DNA from: an uncultured Chloroflexia bacterium
Lineage (GTDB): Bacteria > Chloroflexota > Ktedonobacteria > Ktedonobacterales > JADMIN01
Length of the DNA: 64,000 nt
NCBI GenBank assembly: GCA_963701795.1
Contig: CAVPBB010000001.1
Span: forward strand, 1,048,109-1,112,108
Reading direction: 5' to 3'
A model generated the notes under the pieces. The model had not been told where the DNA came from, did not search any database, and saw only the letters and a program-made list of their open reading frames with translations. Each line of letters begins with the position of its first letter. Position 1 is the stretch's first letter. The position numbers were made by a program, and so were the translations under genes. Of the stretch, positions 48,509 to 58,205 are shown one piece after another.

Positions 48509-49606
48509 ATGGGCGCGTATGCGCTGGCGGTCATGGGTGGCGATGGCATCGGCCCAGAGGTGACAGCGGAGGCCGTGCGGGCGCTCGAAGCTGTGGGCAA
48601 GCGCTTCGGGCACAGCTTCGAGCTGCATGAGGCGCTGGTTGGCCAGGCGGCGGTAGATGCGGAGGGTGTGGCGATCAGCGATGCGACGATGGCGCTGTGC
48701 CAGCGTGTAGACGCGATCATCTTCGGCGCGGTCGGCGGAACGGGGGTCGGCGATCCCAACTCGAAGACCGAACCCATGCACTCGCTATTCCGCCTGCGCA
48801 AAGACCTCGAACTCTTCGCCAACGTGCGTCCGGTGCGTCCGCTTCCCGCGCTGCTCGGCGCTTCCACGCTCAAGCGCGCGACACTGCGTGGCGTTGATCT
48901 GCTCGTGGCGCGCGAGCTGACCGGCGGCCTCTACTATGGCAAGCCGAGCGAGATTCGTGAAGGAGCAGGCGGCGCAGCGGCGGTAGACACGATGGTCTAC
49001 ACTGAGGCCGAGATCGAGCGCATCGCGCGCTATGCGTTTGAGCTGGCGCGCGACCGGCGCAAGCATCTCACGTCAGTGGATAAAGCCAATGTTCTGAGTT
49101 GCTCGCGTCTGTGGCGGCGCGTGGTTGACCGCGTACATGGCGATTATCCCGATGTCGCCCTGCGCCACATGCTCGTGGACGCCTGTTCGATGACCCTGAT
49201 TCGCAATCCGCGCGAGTTTGATGTGGTCGTTACGGAGAATATGTTCGGCGACATCCTGACCGACGAAGCTTCAATGCTGACTGGCTCGCTGGGCATGCTG
49301 CCCTCGGCCAGCCTGGGAGCGCGACGCACAGCGCACGGCCAGTTTGGCCTCTTCGAGCCGATTCACGGCTCCGCGCCTGATATCGCTGGACAGGGGAAAG
49401 CCAATCCGCTCGCCGCCATCCTGACGGTAGCCTTGATGCTGCGCTACTCGCTCAGCCTCAAGCGCGCCGCTGCGGCGGTTGAGCGCGCAGTGCGTCAGGT
49501 CGTGGCGGCAGGCTACCGCACTGCCGATATCGCCAGCGCAGGCGAGTCAGTCGTCTCGACCCACGCGATGGGAGACGCGGTCGTCAGCGCCATTCTGGGC
49601 GAGTAG
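48509..49606 (+). CDS. leuB: 3-isopropylmalate dehydrogenase
   Basis: 'AVMGGDGIGPEV', 'LFANVRP', 'RELTGGLYYG', 'NMFGDILTDEASMLTGSLGMLPSASL', 'EPIHGSAPDIAGQGKANP'. Confidence 0.9.
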   Translation: MGAYALAVMGGDGIGPEVTAEAVRALEAVGKRFGHSFELHEALVGQAAVDAEGVAISDATMALCQRVDAIIFGAVGGTGVGDPNSKTEPMHSLFRLRKDLELFANVRPVRPLPALLGASTLKRATLRGVDLLVARELTGGLYYGKPSEIREGAGGAAAVDTMVYTEAEIERIARYAFELARDRRKHLTSVDKANVLSCSRLWRRVVDRVHGDYPDVALRHMLVDACSMTLIRNPREFDVVVTENMFGDILTDEASMLTGSLGMLPSASLGARRTAHGQFGLFEPIHGSAPDIAGQGKANPLAAILTVALMLRYSLSLKRAAAAVERAVRQVVAAGYRTADIASAGESVVSTHAMGDAVVSAILGE

Positions 49607-49627
49607 ACCGCGCGGAGAGCAGGCACA

Positions 49628-50008
49628 ATGACAGGTTTGACCCTCACGCTGGCGCCAGAGCGTCTGGCTGTCTGTCGCCTCGCGCCCGACGCGCCGATAC
49701 CACCGCTGCCGCTGGGTAGCTCACTGGTAGCGCTGACCCTCACGCCTGATGAGCTATCGCTGGTGATTCCAGAGGAGGCGGCGCCGGTGGGCGCCGCCAC
49801 TGAGGCGGGGTGGCGCGCCCTGCGCGTCGCCGGGCCGCTCGACTTCAGCCTGACCGGCGTGCTGGTGTCGCTGGCGGAGCCACTGGCGCAGGCGGGGGTC
49901 AGCATCTTCGCCATCTCGACCTACGACACAGATTATCTGCTCGTGCGTGAGTCGGCGCTGGCGGCGGCGCTAGCGGCGTTACGCGCCGCTGGTCACACCA
50001 TCATTTGA
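49628..50008 (+). CDS. ACT domain-containing protein
   Basis: 126 aa. 'LSLVIPEE...WRALRVAGPLDFSLTGVLVSLAEPLAQAGVSIFAISTYDTDYLLV' is ACT_7-like. Confidence 0.7.
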   Translation: MTGLTLTLAPERLAVCRLAPDAPIPPLPLGSSLVALTLTPDELSLVIPEEAAPVGAATEAGWRALRVAGPLDFSLTGVLVSLAEPLAQAGVSIFAISTYDTDYLLVRESALAAALAALRAAGHTII

Positions 50009-50013
50009 AGTCG

Positions 50014-50038
50014 CTCTCCCGCTCGCAATCGGGGAGAG
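50014..50038. terminator. hairpin CTCTCCC-(10 nt)-GGGGAGAG between convergent genes
   Basis: Located between the stops at 50008 (+) and 50048 (-). Confidence 0.4.
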
Positions 50039-50047
50039 GCAGCGCGA

Positions 50048-50272
50048 TCAGCCCATCTTGGCGCGCGGCGAAGGCCCGAGCTGCGCCAGCGACACGGTGA
50101 TGTGTCGTTGCTCCTCCTCCAGTTCGGCGATGCGCTCGCGCCGTTTGCGCGTCGGCGGTTCTTCGATAGCGGCAAGCTGCGCAAGCTCCTGGCGCGCCGC
50201 ATCGAGGCGCCGCTGCAAGAGGGCCTCGCGCACATCCCACAACGTCACGCCGCGCTCACGCCCTGCCGTCAT
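50048..50272 (-). CDS. small coiled-coil protein (74 aa) at the 3' end of the chemosensory operon
   Basis: High-GC3 ORF starting 25 nt after the CheA-like stop. 'LLQRRLDAARQELAQLAAIEEPPTRKRRERIAELEEEQRHI'. No family was recognised. Confidence 0.5.
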   Translation of the reverse strand: MTAGRERGVTLWDVREALLQRRLDAARQELAQLAAIEEPPTRKRRERIAELEEEQRHITVSLAQLGPSPRAKMG

Positions 50273-50296
50273 CACCGCGCCTCGCGTTTCTGCGCG

Positions 50297-53200
50297 TCAG
50301 AGCGCGCCGCTACCACTGCGCCTGACAAGATCGGCGATGGTACTGAGCAGGAACTCGTCCTGATATGGCTTGACAATGTAGGCGTTCGCGCCGAGTTGCG
50401 TGGCGCGTTGCTGATGCTTCGCCGCCGCGCGGGAGGTCAGCACGATCAGCGGCAGATTGCGATATTGCGGGTCGCTACGCAGCGTCGCCATCAACTCATA
50501 GCCGTCCATACGTGGCATCTCGATGTCGAGCAGAACCGCTGATGGCCGCTCACGCGCGATGACATCCAGCGCCTCCACACCATCGCGAGCCGTCTGTGTC
50601 TCCCAGCCATGCGCCTTGAGCATGCCGCCGACGACACGGCGCACGCTGGGACTGTCATCCACTACCAGCAGATACGACTGCTTCGCGTTGGGCGGCGCAT
50701 CGAGCAACCCACTGTCAATGACACTGCGCTGCGCGACGACAAAGTCACGTTGACCCCCAAGCGTTGCGGCAGTCGAGAGGCCAGAGATCGCGTTTCGGTC
50801 CACTGGCGCCTGCGATGGGTCAGGCTGCGCAGCCCAGGGTGGGCGCTGTGGCGCGCTGGGTGGCGCGCTCAGCGCCGCCGTTGGATAGTTATCCACCGCG
50901 TTCTCTTGTGCGCTCTGCCCGGAGGGGATTGCCCACTGGCTCGCCGAGCCATCCTGAACACCTGAGGCGCCGAAATACGACGACGGCGCTTCTAGCTCCT
51001 CATAGGAGAAGGGCGGCATACCAGCGGGCGCTGCGGGCGAGCCGAACGGCGACATCGGCGCGGACGGCTGCGCTGGCGATAGCGGTGGCGATGAGGGCAA
51101 CGGCGGGCGTGACCTGCCCACTGAGGCAGACGCAGCCCCTGGAGGAGGGAACGCGAATGGCGATGGCGCTTCTCGCTGCCCTGGAGTTGGCAGTGTCAGT
51201 GTCTCATCCGCCGGGCGAGCCAGCAATTCTAGCAGATCGAGGATGATGACGACCTGCCCATTGCCCAGAGCCGTAGCGCCTGCGACCCCACTCACGTTGC
51301 GCAGATGCGCGCCGAGCGGCTTGGCGACAATCTCCTGCTGGCTCACAATGCCGTCCACAACCAGCGCAATCTTATGCCTGCCGGCATTCACGATCAGCAA
51401 CGACGAGCGCTCATCTAGCGGAGCGCCGGGCATCTGCAGATAAGTCGAGAGCCGCGCCAGTGTGTAGCGCTCGTTGCGCACCATGATCGCAGGCGTCGGC
51501 GCGCTGACGCGCTCATAGTAGTCAAGCCGACCAATCTGGTCGACGACCGCCATGGGAATCGCATAGGTGTGCTGTCCGGCTTTGACCAGCACCGCACGCG
51601 CGATTTGCAGACTGATCGGGAACTTCAGCATGAAGTCGGAGCCTGACCCAACGGTCGAATCGACATCCACCGATCCCTTGAGCCGCGCAGCCGCGTCGCG
51701 CACCACGTCCAGTCCGACCCCGCGCCCGCTCTCCTCGGTCAACGTCTCAGCCGTCGAGACCCCCGGCTGGAAGATGAGGTTGAGCGCGTCGTGGTCGCTC
51801 AGATTGGCGTAGGCGTCAATCCAGCCTTTCGCAATCGCCGTCTGGCGCACATGCTGCGGATCGATTCCCGCGCCGTCATCGCGCACCGAGATGACAACCT
51901 GATTGCCCTCATACGCGGCGGAGACGGTAATCTTGCCCGCGCGCGGCTTGCCCGACGCCTGGCGCATATCGGGCCGCTCGATGCCGTGATTGACAGCATT
52001 GCGCACCAGATGCAGCAGTGGCCCCTCAACCTCCTCGATCACCTTGCGGTCTACCTCAGTATCGCCACCCTCGACGAAGAATTCGACCTCTTTACCCTCT
52101 TTCAGGGCAGAGGCGCGGGCAGCGCGATAGAGCCGTGGCACGAGCGAACTGACTGGCACCAGGCGCGCCTTGAGCAGGCGATCCTGCACCTCGGAGCTGA
52201 GTCGAGTCTCGCGCGCGAACGATACCTGAATCTCACGAACGAGCGTTTCCATCTCGTGGTTGAGCGAGAGTACGTCAGTAACCGCTTCGCTCAGAATGCG
52301 CGAGAGCCGATGGAACTCGTTGTAGCGATCCATCTCGAGCTCGTGGAACTCACGCAGATGGTCTGGCGCGCCAGCGCCGCCCGCAGGGCCGCTCGTAGCC
52401 GAGCGCTGCTGATTGCTCCAGGGGAAACGGAAGCCTGCGGACGGCGCGCCTCCCTGCGCCTGCACACCGCTCTGGCCACTGGGCAGCATGAACATCTCGA
52501 ACTGGGTTTCGAGTTGGCCGCCGACCTCACGTAGACGCTCGCTCGCCTGAGAGGAATCACCCACGAGCTGATAGATGCGCCCGATACGCTCCTCGAAGAT
52601 CGAGCGATTCACCAGCAAGTCGCCGAAGAGCGTGACCAGTTCGTCGAGCTTGCTCAACTTCACACGCACGCTCAGGTCTTCTTTGCCCTTGCTCCCCGTG
52701 TCTTCCGTGTCTGCGCCAAGGTCAATCGCCACACTCTCAGCGGTCTCGTCTTCATGGTCGATGGCGAGCAGATTCACCACGGGAGCGCCCGTGAGCGCGC
52801 CATAGCGGTCGATCAGCGCCTGCGCAATCTCACGCTGCTGCTGCGGACTCACGATGGCGCCGCTAATCAGCTGATCGAGCGTCTCAGCGGTATCGAAGAC
52901 CAGACTCAACTCATCGGGCGAGAGCGCGCGCCCACGACTGGCAAACTGCTCGAGCAAGTCTTCAGAGGCATGCGCAAGGCTCTGCACCACCACGAAGCCC
53001 ATCATGCCAGCCGCGCCCTTGAGGGTGTGCATGGCCCGGCGCACCGACTGAATCGCACTGGCATCGCCAGGCGAGCGCTCCAGCTCGGCGATGCCGCTCG
53101 TGATGGTTTGCAGGTGCTCCTGCGCCTCCTCGCGGAAGACCGCCATCGTCTCAGGAGACTGCCCGCTTGTCACCTGCGTCTGGCGCGCCGAGCGCGTCTG

Positions 53201-54976
53201 TGGGCGCACCTCGACACCACCGCCCATGACCGTCACCGAGCTATCGCCCATGCCCGGCCCAAGCGCGGAGAACATCATCTGTCGGCGAATCTGGACTTCG
53301 AGTTCCTGGCGGATGCGCTGCTCTTCCTCGCGGCGAATGTCGCCCGCGATCTCCTGGCGTACCTCGTCTTCGAGCGAGCGCCGTAGGTCTTCGCGTACAC
53401 TGCGCTCTAGCTCAGCGCGCTGGCCCGGGCCAAGCGCCTCAACCGCTGGCATGCTGGCGCTCGGCGATGAAGGCGACCACGTCACCTGGGCCACCGTCGC
53501 GCTAAAGCCGCCATCGGCTGTCGCGCCGCCCACGCCAAACGACGCGGTCATGCGCCCCAGCGTATCGAGGGTCGCGCGGAACTGGCCCAGCGTCTCGTCA
53601 ATCTGCTCTTGCGACAGGGTCAGATTGCGGCCCGATGTGTTCAGCAGAGCGATCAACTTCTTGAGGCGCGTGGTCGTCACCCAGATGACCGAGAGCGGGA
53701 GGTATCCGCGCACTGTTTCAGGGCTGCGGCGCAGGTCCAGACCCATCTGCTGCCCGACCCACTCTTCGAGCCGTTCGAGCGCATCGTTCGAGCCATCGAG
53801 GAAGCTCTGCAACTCGATGCGCTCGTTGTCCATCGCCTGCGCCGCGTCGCGCAGCAACGCTACCGTATTCCGAAGCGCCGTGACCTGCCGTCGTACATCC
53901 TCCTCATCGCCACGCAATTCTTCGAGCGCGGCTCCTGCCCCGGCGGGCGCCGGTCGCTGCGGCTGAGGCGGTTGCGTCACCATCGAAGAAGCCCAGTCGC
54001 GGGAATATGGCGCTTCAGCGGTCGGAAAAGAAGCGGCAGGCATCGACGCGCCTGGCGCAGGATACGGCCCGGTCGCCTGAGACTGCGCCCACGGATCCGG
54101 CTGCGGGGGCGGCGCTGCGCCAAGCTGACCCACTTGCCCCGCGCGCTGAGGCAGGGCCGCCGCAGACTGCCCAAAGGCGTCTGGCTGCGGCGTCGGCACG
54201 GCTGGCGTGAACCCCGTCGGCAGATTTGAGAGCGACGAAGCCCACGGATCGACCGGCGGGGCCGCGAAACCGTTGGCGCTGTGTACGCCAGACAGGCTGG
54301 GCGCGCTTTGAGCAGTCGGCCCATTAAGCGCATCAGAATCTGGTATCTGCGGCGTCACCCCTGACCCCTGCGCACCGCTGCCCGGGCCACTATTCCCTTG
54401 GCCAAAGGCCGCGAACCAGTCAGGTACCGCTGGCGGCGACGCCTGCCCTGTCGGCGCAGGCGCGCCCGTCGCACGGTCCCACTGATTGGCGCCCGGCGCG
54501 AGCGGCGTCGAAGCGGAGGAGGGCGCCGCAGGCGGGCTGTAGGTATCCGCCGCAGTCGTGGCGCCTGAGCTGGTATTCAGCGTGCCAGCCCCGCGATAGG
54601 CGTCGTGATCTTGTCGATCTTCGGCCACGATCTGGGCGTCGCTACCGCCCGTGCGAATCAGTTGCGCCACGCGGAGCAACCGGCCGCATGAGCGACGGAG
54701 CAGCGCAATCGTAGCCTGGTCGAGCGCGGCCCGGCGCTCCAGCGCATCGTCGAGAATCAACTCCATGCCCTGCGCGATGTGGGCCAGACCATTGAACTCC
54801 ATCATCGCGGCGGAGCCGTAAATGGTATGCGTGCGGCGGTAGGCTTCCTCGATAGCGCTCTCGTCGTCGGGAACTCGCTGAAGTTGATCGAGATGAGTCT
54901 CGATCTCAGGGATGTAAGCGTCTACCTCATCGAGGAAACTCCCCAGGATCGCCGACTTATCGAAATTATCTGCCAT
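50297..54976 (-). CDS. hybrid CheA-type histidine kinase (multi-Hpt, dimerisation, HATPase, CheW-like, C-terminal receiver); ChpA/PilL/PixL-like
   Basis: Hpt 1 'RRTHTIYGSAAMMEF'. Hpt 2 'RRAMHTLKGAAGMMGF'. Kinase motifs 'LLHLVRNAVNHGIE', 'DDGAGID' and 'GRGVGLDVV'. A CheW-like segment is present. Receiver 'LLVVDDSPSVRR...LLDIEMPRMDGYEL...VLTSRAA...YIVKPY'. Start trimmed to the ATG at 54976. Confidence 0.9.
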   Translation of the reverse strand: MADNFDKSAILGSFLDEVDAYIPEIETHLDQLQRVPDDESAIEEAYRRTHTIYGSAAMMEFNGLAHIAQGMELILDDALERRAALDQATIALLRRSCGRLLRVAQLIRTGGSDAQIVAEDRQDHDAYRGAGTLNTSSGATTAADTYSPPAAPSSASTPLAPGANQWDRATGAPAPTGQASPPAVPDWFAAFGQGNSGPGSGAQGSGVTPQIPDSDALNGPTAQSAPSLSGVHSANGFAAPPVDPWASSLSNLPTGFTPAVPTPQPDAFGQSAAALPQRAGQVGQLGAAPPPQPDPWAQSQATGPYPAPGASMPAASFPTAEAPYSRDWASSMVTQPPQPQRPAPAGAGAALEELRGDEEDVRRQVTALRNTVALLRDAAQAMDNERIELQSFLDGSNDALERLEEWVGQQMGLDLRRSPETVRGYLPLSVIWVTTTRLKKLIALLNTSGRNLTLSQEQIDETLGQFRATLDTLGRMTASFGVGGATADGGFSATVAQVTWSPSSPSASMPAVEALGPGQRAELERSVREDLRRSLEDEVRQEIAGDIRREEEQRIRQELEVQIRRQMMFSALGPGMGDSSVTVMGGGVEVRPQTRSARQTQVTSGQSPETMAVFREEAQEHLQTITSGIAELERSPGDASAIQSVRRAMHTLKGAAGMMGFVVVQSLAHASEDLLEQFASRGRALSPDELSLVFDTAETLDQLISGAIVSPQQQREIAQALIDRYGALTGAPVVNLLAIDHEDETAESVAIDLGADTEDTGSKGKEDLSVRVKLSKLDELVTLFGDLLVNRSIFEERIGRIYQLVGDSSQASERLREVGGQLETQFEMFMLPSGQSGVQAQGGAPSAGFRFPWSNQQRSATSGPAGGAGAPDHLREFHELEMDRYNEFHRLSRILSEAVTDVLSLNHEMETLVREIQVSFARETRLSSEVQDRLLKARLVPVSSLVPRLYRAARASALKEGKEVEFFVEGGDTEVDRKVIEEVEGPLLHLVRNAVNHGIERPDMRQASGKPRAGKITVSAAYEGNQVVISVRDDGAGIDPQHVRQTAIAKGWIDAYANLSDHDALNLIFQPGVSTAETLTEESGRGVGLDVVRDAAARLKGSVDVDSTVGSGSDFMLKFPISLQIARAVLVKAGQHTYAIPMAVVDQIGRLDYYERVSAPTPAIMVRNERYTLARLSTYLQMPGAPLDERSSLLIVNAGRHKIALVVDGIVSQQEIVAKPLGAHLRNVSGVAGATALGNGQVVIILDLLELLARPADETLTLPTPGQREAPSPFAFPPPGAASASVGRSRPPLPSSPPLSPAQPSAPMSPFGSPAAPAGMPPFSYEELEAPSSYFGASGVQDGSASQWAIPSGQSAQENAVDNYPTAALSAPPSAPQRPPWAAQPDPSQAPVDRNAISGLSTAATLGGQRDFVVAQRSVIDSGLLDAPPNAKQSYLLVVDDSPSVRRVVGGMLKAHGWETQTARDGVEALDVIARERPSAVLLDIEMPRMDGYELMATLRSDPQYRNLPLIVLTSRAAAKHQQRATQLGANAYIVKPYQDEFLLSTIADLVRRSGSGAL

Positions 54977-55066
54977 GATCTCCGCACCCGTCCTGCTGGA
55001 CTCCAACGCTCGAATGGGTAGTCCGCGCGCCTCGCCGGACAACAGCGGGCGTATAGCGAACTGAAT

Positions 55067-56833
55067 CTAGCCGCGATCTGGTGGAAACGGATAATTGCCT
55101 AGCGGATTCGAGGGATACTGGTCCTCAGGATATCCGTTCTGGCCATTCTGCCCGTATGGATTCTGTCCATAGCCGTTCTGATCGTAGCCGCCAGTTGGGT
55201 AGCCATTCCCATCGCCCTGCCCTGTCTCACTCCACGTCGCGTCATAGGCGCCAATATCGAACGCATTCCGCTGCTGGGTATAGGATGCTGAGATCGGGCC
55301 AGCGGGCAATGCTGGGAAGGCGTCAGGATTGGGCGCCCACCCCGTCTGCCCCTGCTGCGAAAGCTGCGCGGGCGACAGCGGCGACTCCATCCCCTGGGGC
55401 AGCCCGGCAGCTTCGGCCAACTGCTCTGGCAGGCGGAACGCCGCAACTGACGCGCGTAGTTGCTCGGCCAACTCCGCCAGGTAGCTCACCGCTGTCATTG
55501 TATCCTGTGTCGTGTCGTTAGTCTGCCGCGTCACCGCAGCGATCTGGCCCATCGCTTCCGCGACCGTCTCGGCGACCTGACGCCGCTCATTCGCGCCGTG
55601 GGCAATGTCATTGATCATCTGCGCCTGGCGATCCACGGCGCTGTAGATGCGCTGCAGCGCGCGGCCAGCATCGTCGGCCAGCCGCGAGCCTTCGATCACT
55701 TCCTGCGTGCTTTCTTCCATCGCGACCACCGCTTCATAGGTGTCGCCCTGAATCGTTTTGACGATGGCGCCCACGCGCTTCGTCGCCTCGGCCACGCGCT
55801 CGGCGAGAATACGAATCTCATCGGCGACGACGTGGAATCCACGGCCATGTTCACCGGCCATCGCCGACTGAATGGCAGCGTTCAACGCCAGCAGGTTCGT
55901 CTGCTCGGCGATGTCTTCGATGAGGCGCACGATCTCGCCGACCTCCTGCGAGCGCTCGCCGAGGCGCTTGATCTTCTTCGAGGTTTCCTGCACATTCTCA
56001 CGGATGTGCGCCATACCATCGGTTGTCTTGACCACCGACGCCTGGCCATCGCGCGAGCTTTGTAGCGCCTCGCGAGCGGCAGCCACCGCTTGCAGCGCAT
56101 TCGTCGCGGAGAGCTGCACGAAATCCGCGAGCTGCGCCACACGGTCTGATACGAGCGAGATCTGATGCGCCTGCGTCTCTGATGACTGCGCCACATCGGC
56201 TGAGCGGTCGAGCAGGCGGCGTGTCGCGGTAGATACCTGATTGGTCGTCGCCTGCACCCGGCCAACGACCTTCGCCAGCTCCTCGATCATGAAGTTGAAT
56301 GAGTCCGCTAACACGCCCAGGGTATCTGGCGTCACCTCGGCCTGCACACGCAGGTCGCCATCGCCAACCGCGCTGACCTCTGTCAGCAGCTTTTCAATCT
56401 GCGCCTGCAAGACTACCGCATCCGGCGCTTCGAGCGCGGCCGCGCCTTTTGCGGCGCCCACTGCCATGCCACCGGCCACGAGCTTGTTGATCGAGCTGGC
56501 GAGGGTGGAAAAATCATCGTCGCCCGCCACTTGCGCCCGCACCATGCGATTGCCGCTGCCCGCCTGGCGCAGCACTTCAGTCAGCGCAGTAGCATAGTCG
56601 CGCGCGAGCGCCCGAATCCGTGTGACAGCGATGACGACGGCTATCAGGCTCAGCGCAGCGGCGGCCAGCGTGATCGTCCACTGTAGTGTCTGCTGGTCTG
56701 CGGCGCCAAACGGCTCATTGATCGCAAACCAGCCAACAAACGCTACCGCGACTACTGGCACGATACAGGCCAGAGCAGTTAGCAGATTAAATTGAGCGCT
56801 CATGCTCGTACCTGAGCGCGAAGAAGCTTCCAT
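55067..56833 (-). CDS. methyl-accepting chemotaxis protein (two TM segments with about a 12-aa loop, HAMP, MA domain), PilJ/PixJ-like position
   Basis: Signalling hairpin 'EQTNLLALNAAIQSAMAGEHGRGFHVVADEIRILAERV'. Start chosen at the ATG at 56833 (GAGGAGG RBS); the alternative ATG is at 56803. Confidence 0.9.
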   Translation of the reverse strand: MEASSRSGTSMSAQFNLLTALACIVPVVAVAFVGWFAINEPFGAADQQTLQWTITLAAAALSLIAVVIAVTRIRALARDYATALTEVLRQAGSGNRMVRAQVAGDDDFSTLASSINKLVAGGMAVGAAKGAAALEAPDAVVLQAQIEKLLTEVSAVGDGDLRVQAEVTPDTLGVLADSFNFMIEELAKVVGRVQATTNQVSTATRRLLDRSADVAQSSETQAHQISLVSDRVAQLADFVQLSATNALQAVAAAREALQSSRDGQASVVKTTDGMAHIRENVQETSKKIKRLGERSQEVGEIVRLIEDIAEQTNLLALNAAIQSAMAGEHGRGFHVVADEIRILAERVAEATKRVGAIVKTIQGDTYEAVVAMEESTQEVIEGSRLADDAGRALQRIYSAVDRQAQMINDIAHGANERRQVAETVAEAMGQIAAVTRQTNDTTQDTMTAVSYLAELAEQLRASVAAFRLPEQLAEAAGLPQGMESPLSPAQLSQQGQTGWAPNPDAFPALPAGPISASYTQQRNAFDIGAYDATWSETGQGDGNGYPTGGYDQNGYGQNPYGQNGQNGYPEDQYPSNPLGNYPFPPDRG

Positions 56834-57087
56834 AGTCGCGGTGGCCTCCTCGGTATCTCTGGTCTCTGGCCAGGCTCGCCGCGAGACACAGAGCGCGGCA
56901 GCGTTCATGACAGCATACCAGCAGGCGCGTTCATCGCTGTGTCGCACGGAACGTCTGACGGCCCACAGGCGCAATGTACGCGCAGTGTTTGATGACGGCT
57001 TTAGTGTATGCTATTCCAGCGGATCTCGCCTACACGTTATGACCAACGGCGCGATTCGCTTGCTTCGCCTGCCTGACGCTCACTCGC

Positions 57088-57777
57088 TCAGTCCGCTCGA
57101 TAGCGGTGCATCCGGTCACTGAAGAGGAGTCGCTCCGGGTCGAGCGCACAGATCAGACGCCCATCGGCCTGCGCCACGCCTTCGAGAAACGGCTGCGCCC
57201 AATCAGGGGCGCTCGCCGCCTGCTCTCGACGAATCGTGTCGCCCATGGTGCGAATCTCGGTGACGACATCCACCACCAGACCGATCATCATCTCGCGCTG
57301 CGTCACTGCCAGCAGTCGGCTACGCGGTGTGACACCGATGGAGGGCAGCCCCAGGAAGCTCCGCAGATCCACCACTGAGATGATAGACCCCCACATCTGC
57401 GTGACACCAAACACCCACGGCGCTACATTCGGCACCGGCGTCACATCAAACGCGCGTTCGACGCCCTGCACCGCAGCGGATGGCAGCGCGCATTCGACCT
57501 CGCCCAGCAGAAAGAGGATGTGCTGCGCGGCGACCGAGGTGGGCGTGGTTCCTGATGGGCTGAGCATCATCATGCGCTGCAACGTGGCGATCTGCTCGGG
57601 GTCAGTTGCGCCGAGGTTGCGCGCGAGTTGCTCGACCGACTCAGCCGTCAACGCGCCTCCAGGGAGCTGCCCCTGATTGATCGCGGCGAGCGCCTGGCGC
57701 ATGAGATCGGAGATCCGGGCGCGCTCGCTCTCGGTCTGTGCATTCTGCGCGAGAAACGCGCCACGCAGATCGTTCAT
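57088..57777 (-). CDS. CheW-like coupling protein with N-terminal extension (PilI/PixI position)
   Basis: 'ILFLLGEVECALPSAAVQGVERAFDVTPVPNVAPWVFGVTQMWGSIISVVDLRSFLGL'. Confidence 0.85.
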   Translation of the reverse strand: MNDLRGAFLAQNAQTESERARISDLMRQALAAINQGQLPGGALTAESVEQLARNLGATDPEQIATLQRMMMLSPSGTTPTSVAAQHILFLLGEVECALPSAAVQGVERAFDVTPVPNVAPWVFGVTQMWGSIISVVDLRSFLGLPSIGVTPRSRLLAVTQREMMIGLVVDVVTEIRTMGDTIRREQAASAPDWAQPFLEGVAQADGRLICALDPERLLFSDRMHRYRAD

Positions 57778-57827
57778 GCGTCCTCCAGAGTGACAGGGTA
57801 GCGCAACCTGGCGCCGCGCCAGGCGCT

Positions 57828-58205
57828 TTACATGCTGATGCCGATGAGCGCGCGCACGCCTGTCACCAACTCTTCTTTGTCGAAGGGCTTGGTGATATAC
57901 AGATCAGCCCCCTGCTGCAAACCCCACTTCTTGTCGAGCGGGGTATTCTTCCCGCTGACGAGAATGATGGGAATATGGCGGCTGGCCTCGCTCTGCTTGA
58001 GCTTCCGGCAGACCTGAAAGCCATTCTGCTTGGGCAGCACGACATCGAGTACGACACACTGCGGCCGCTCGGAGCCGACCTTCTCCAGCGCTTCATCGCC
58101 ATCCGCCGCCGTCACGACATCGAAGCCACTCTCGCGCAGCGGCGTCGCGATGAGGGTAAGGTCGGTCCAGCTATCATCTACGACAAGAACTTTGGGCGCG
58201 GGCAT
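57828..58205 (-). CDS. single-domain CheY-like response regulator (PilH/PixH position)
   Basis: 'KVLVVDDSWTDL...VVLDVVLPKQNGFQVCRKLK...PIILVSGK...YITKPF'. GGGAG RBS 7 nt upstream. Confidence 0.9.
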   Translation of the reverse strand: MPAPKVLVVDDSWTDLTLIATPLRESGFDVVTAADGDEALEKVGSERPQCVVLDVVLPKQNGFQVCRKLKQSEASRHIPIILVSGKNTPLDKKWGLQQGADLYITKPFDKEELVTGVRALIGISM

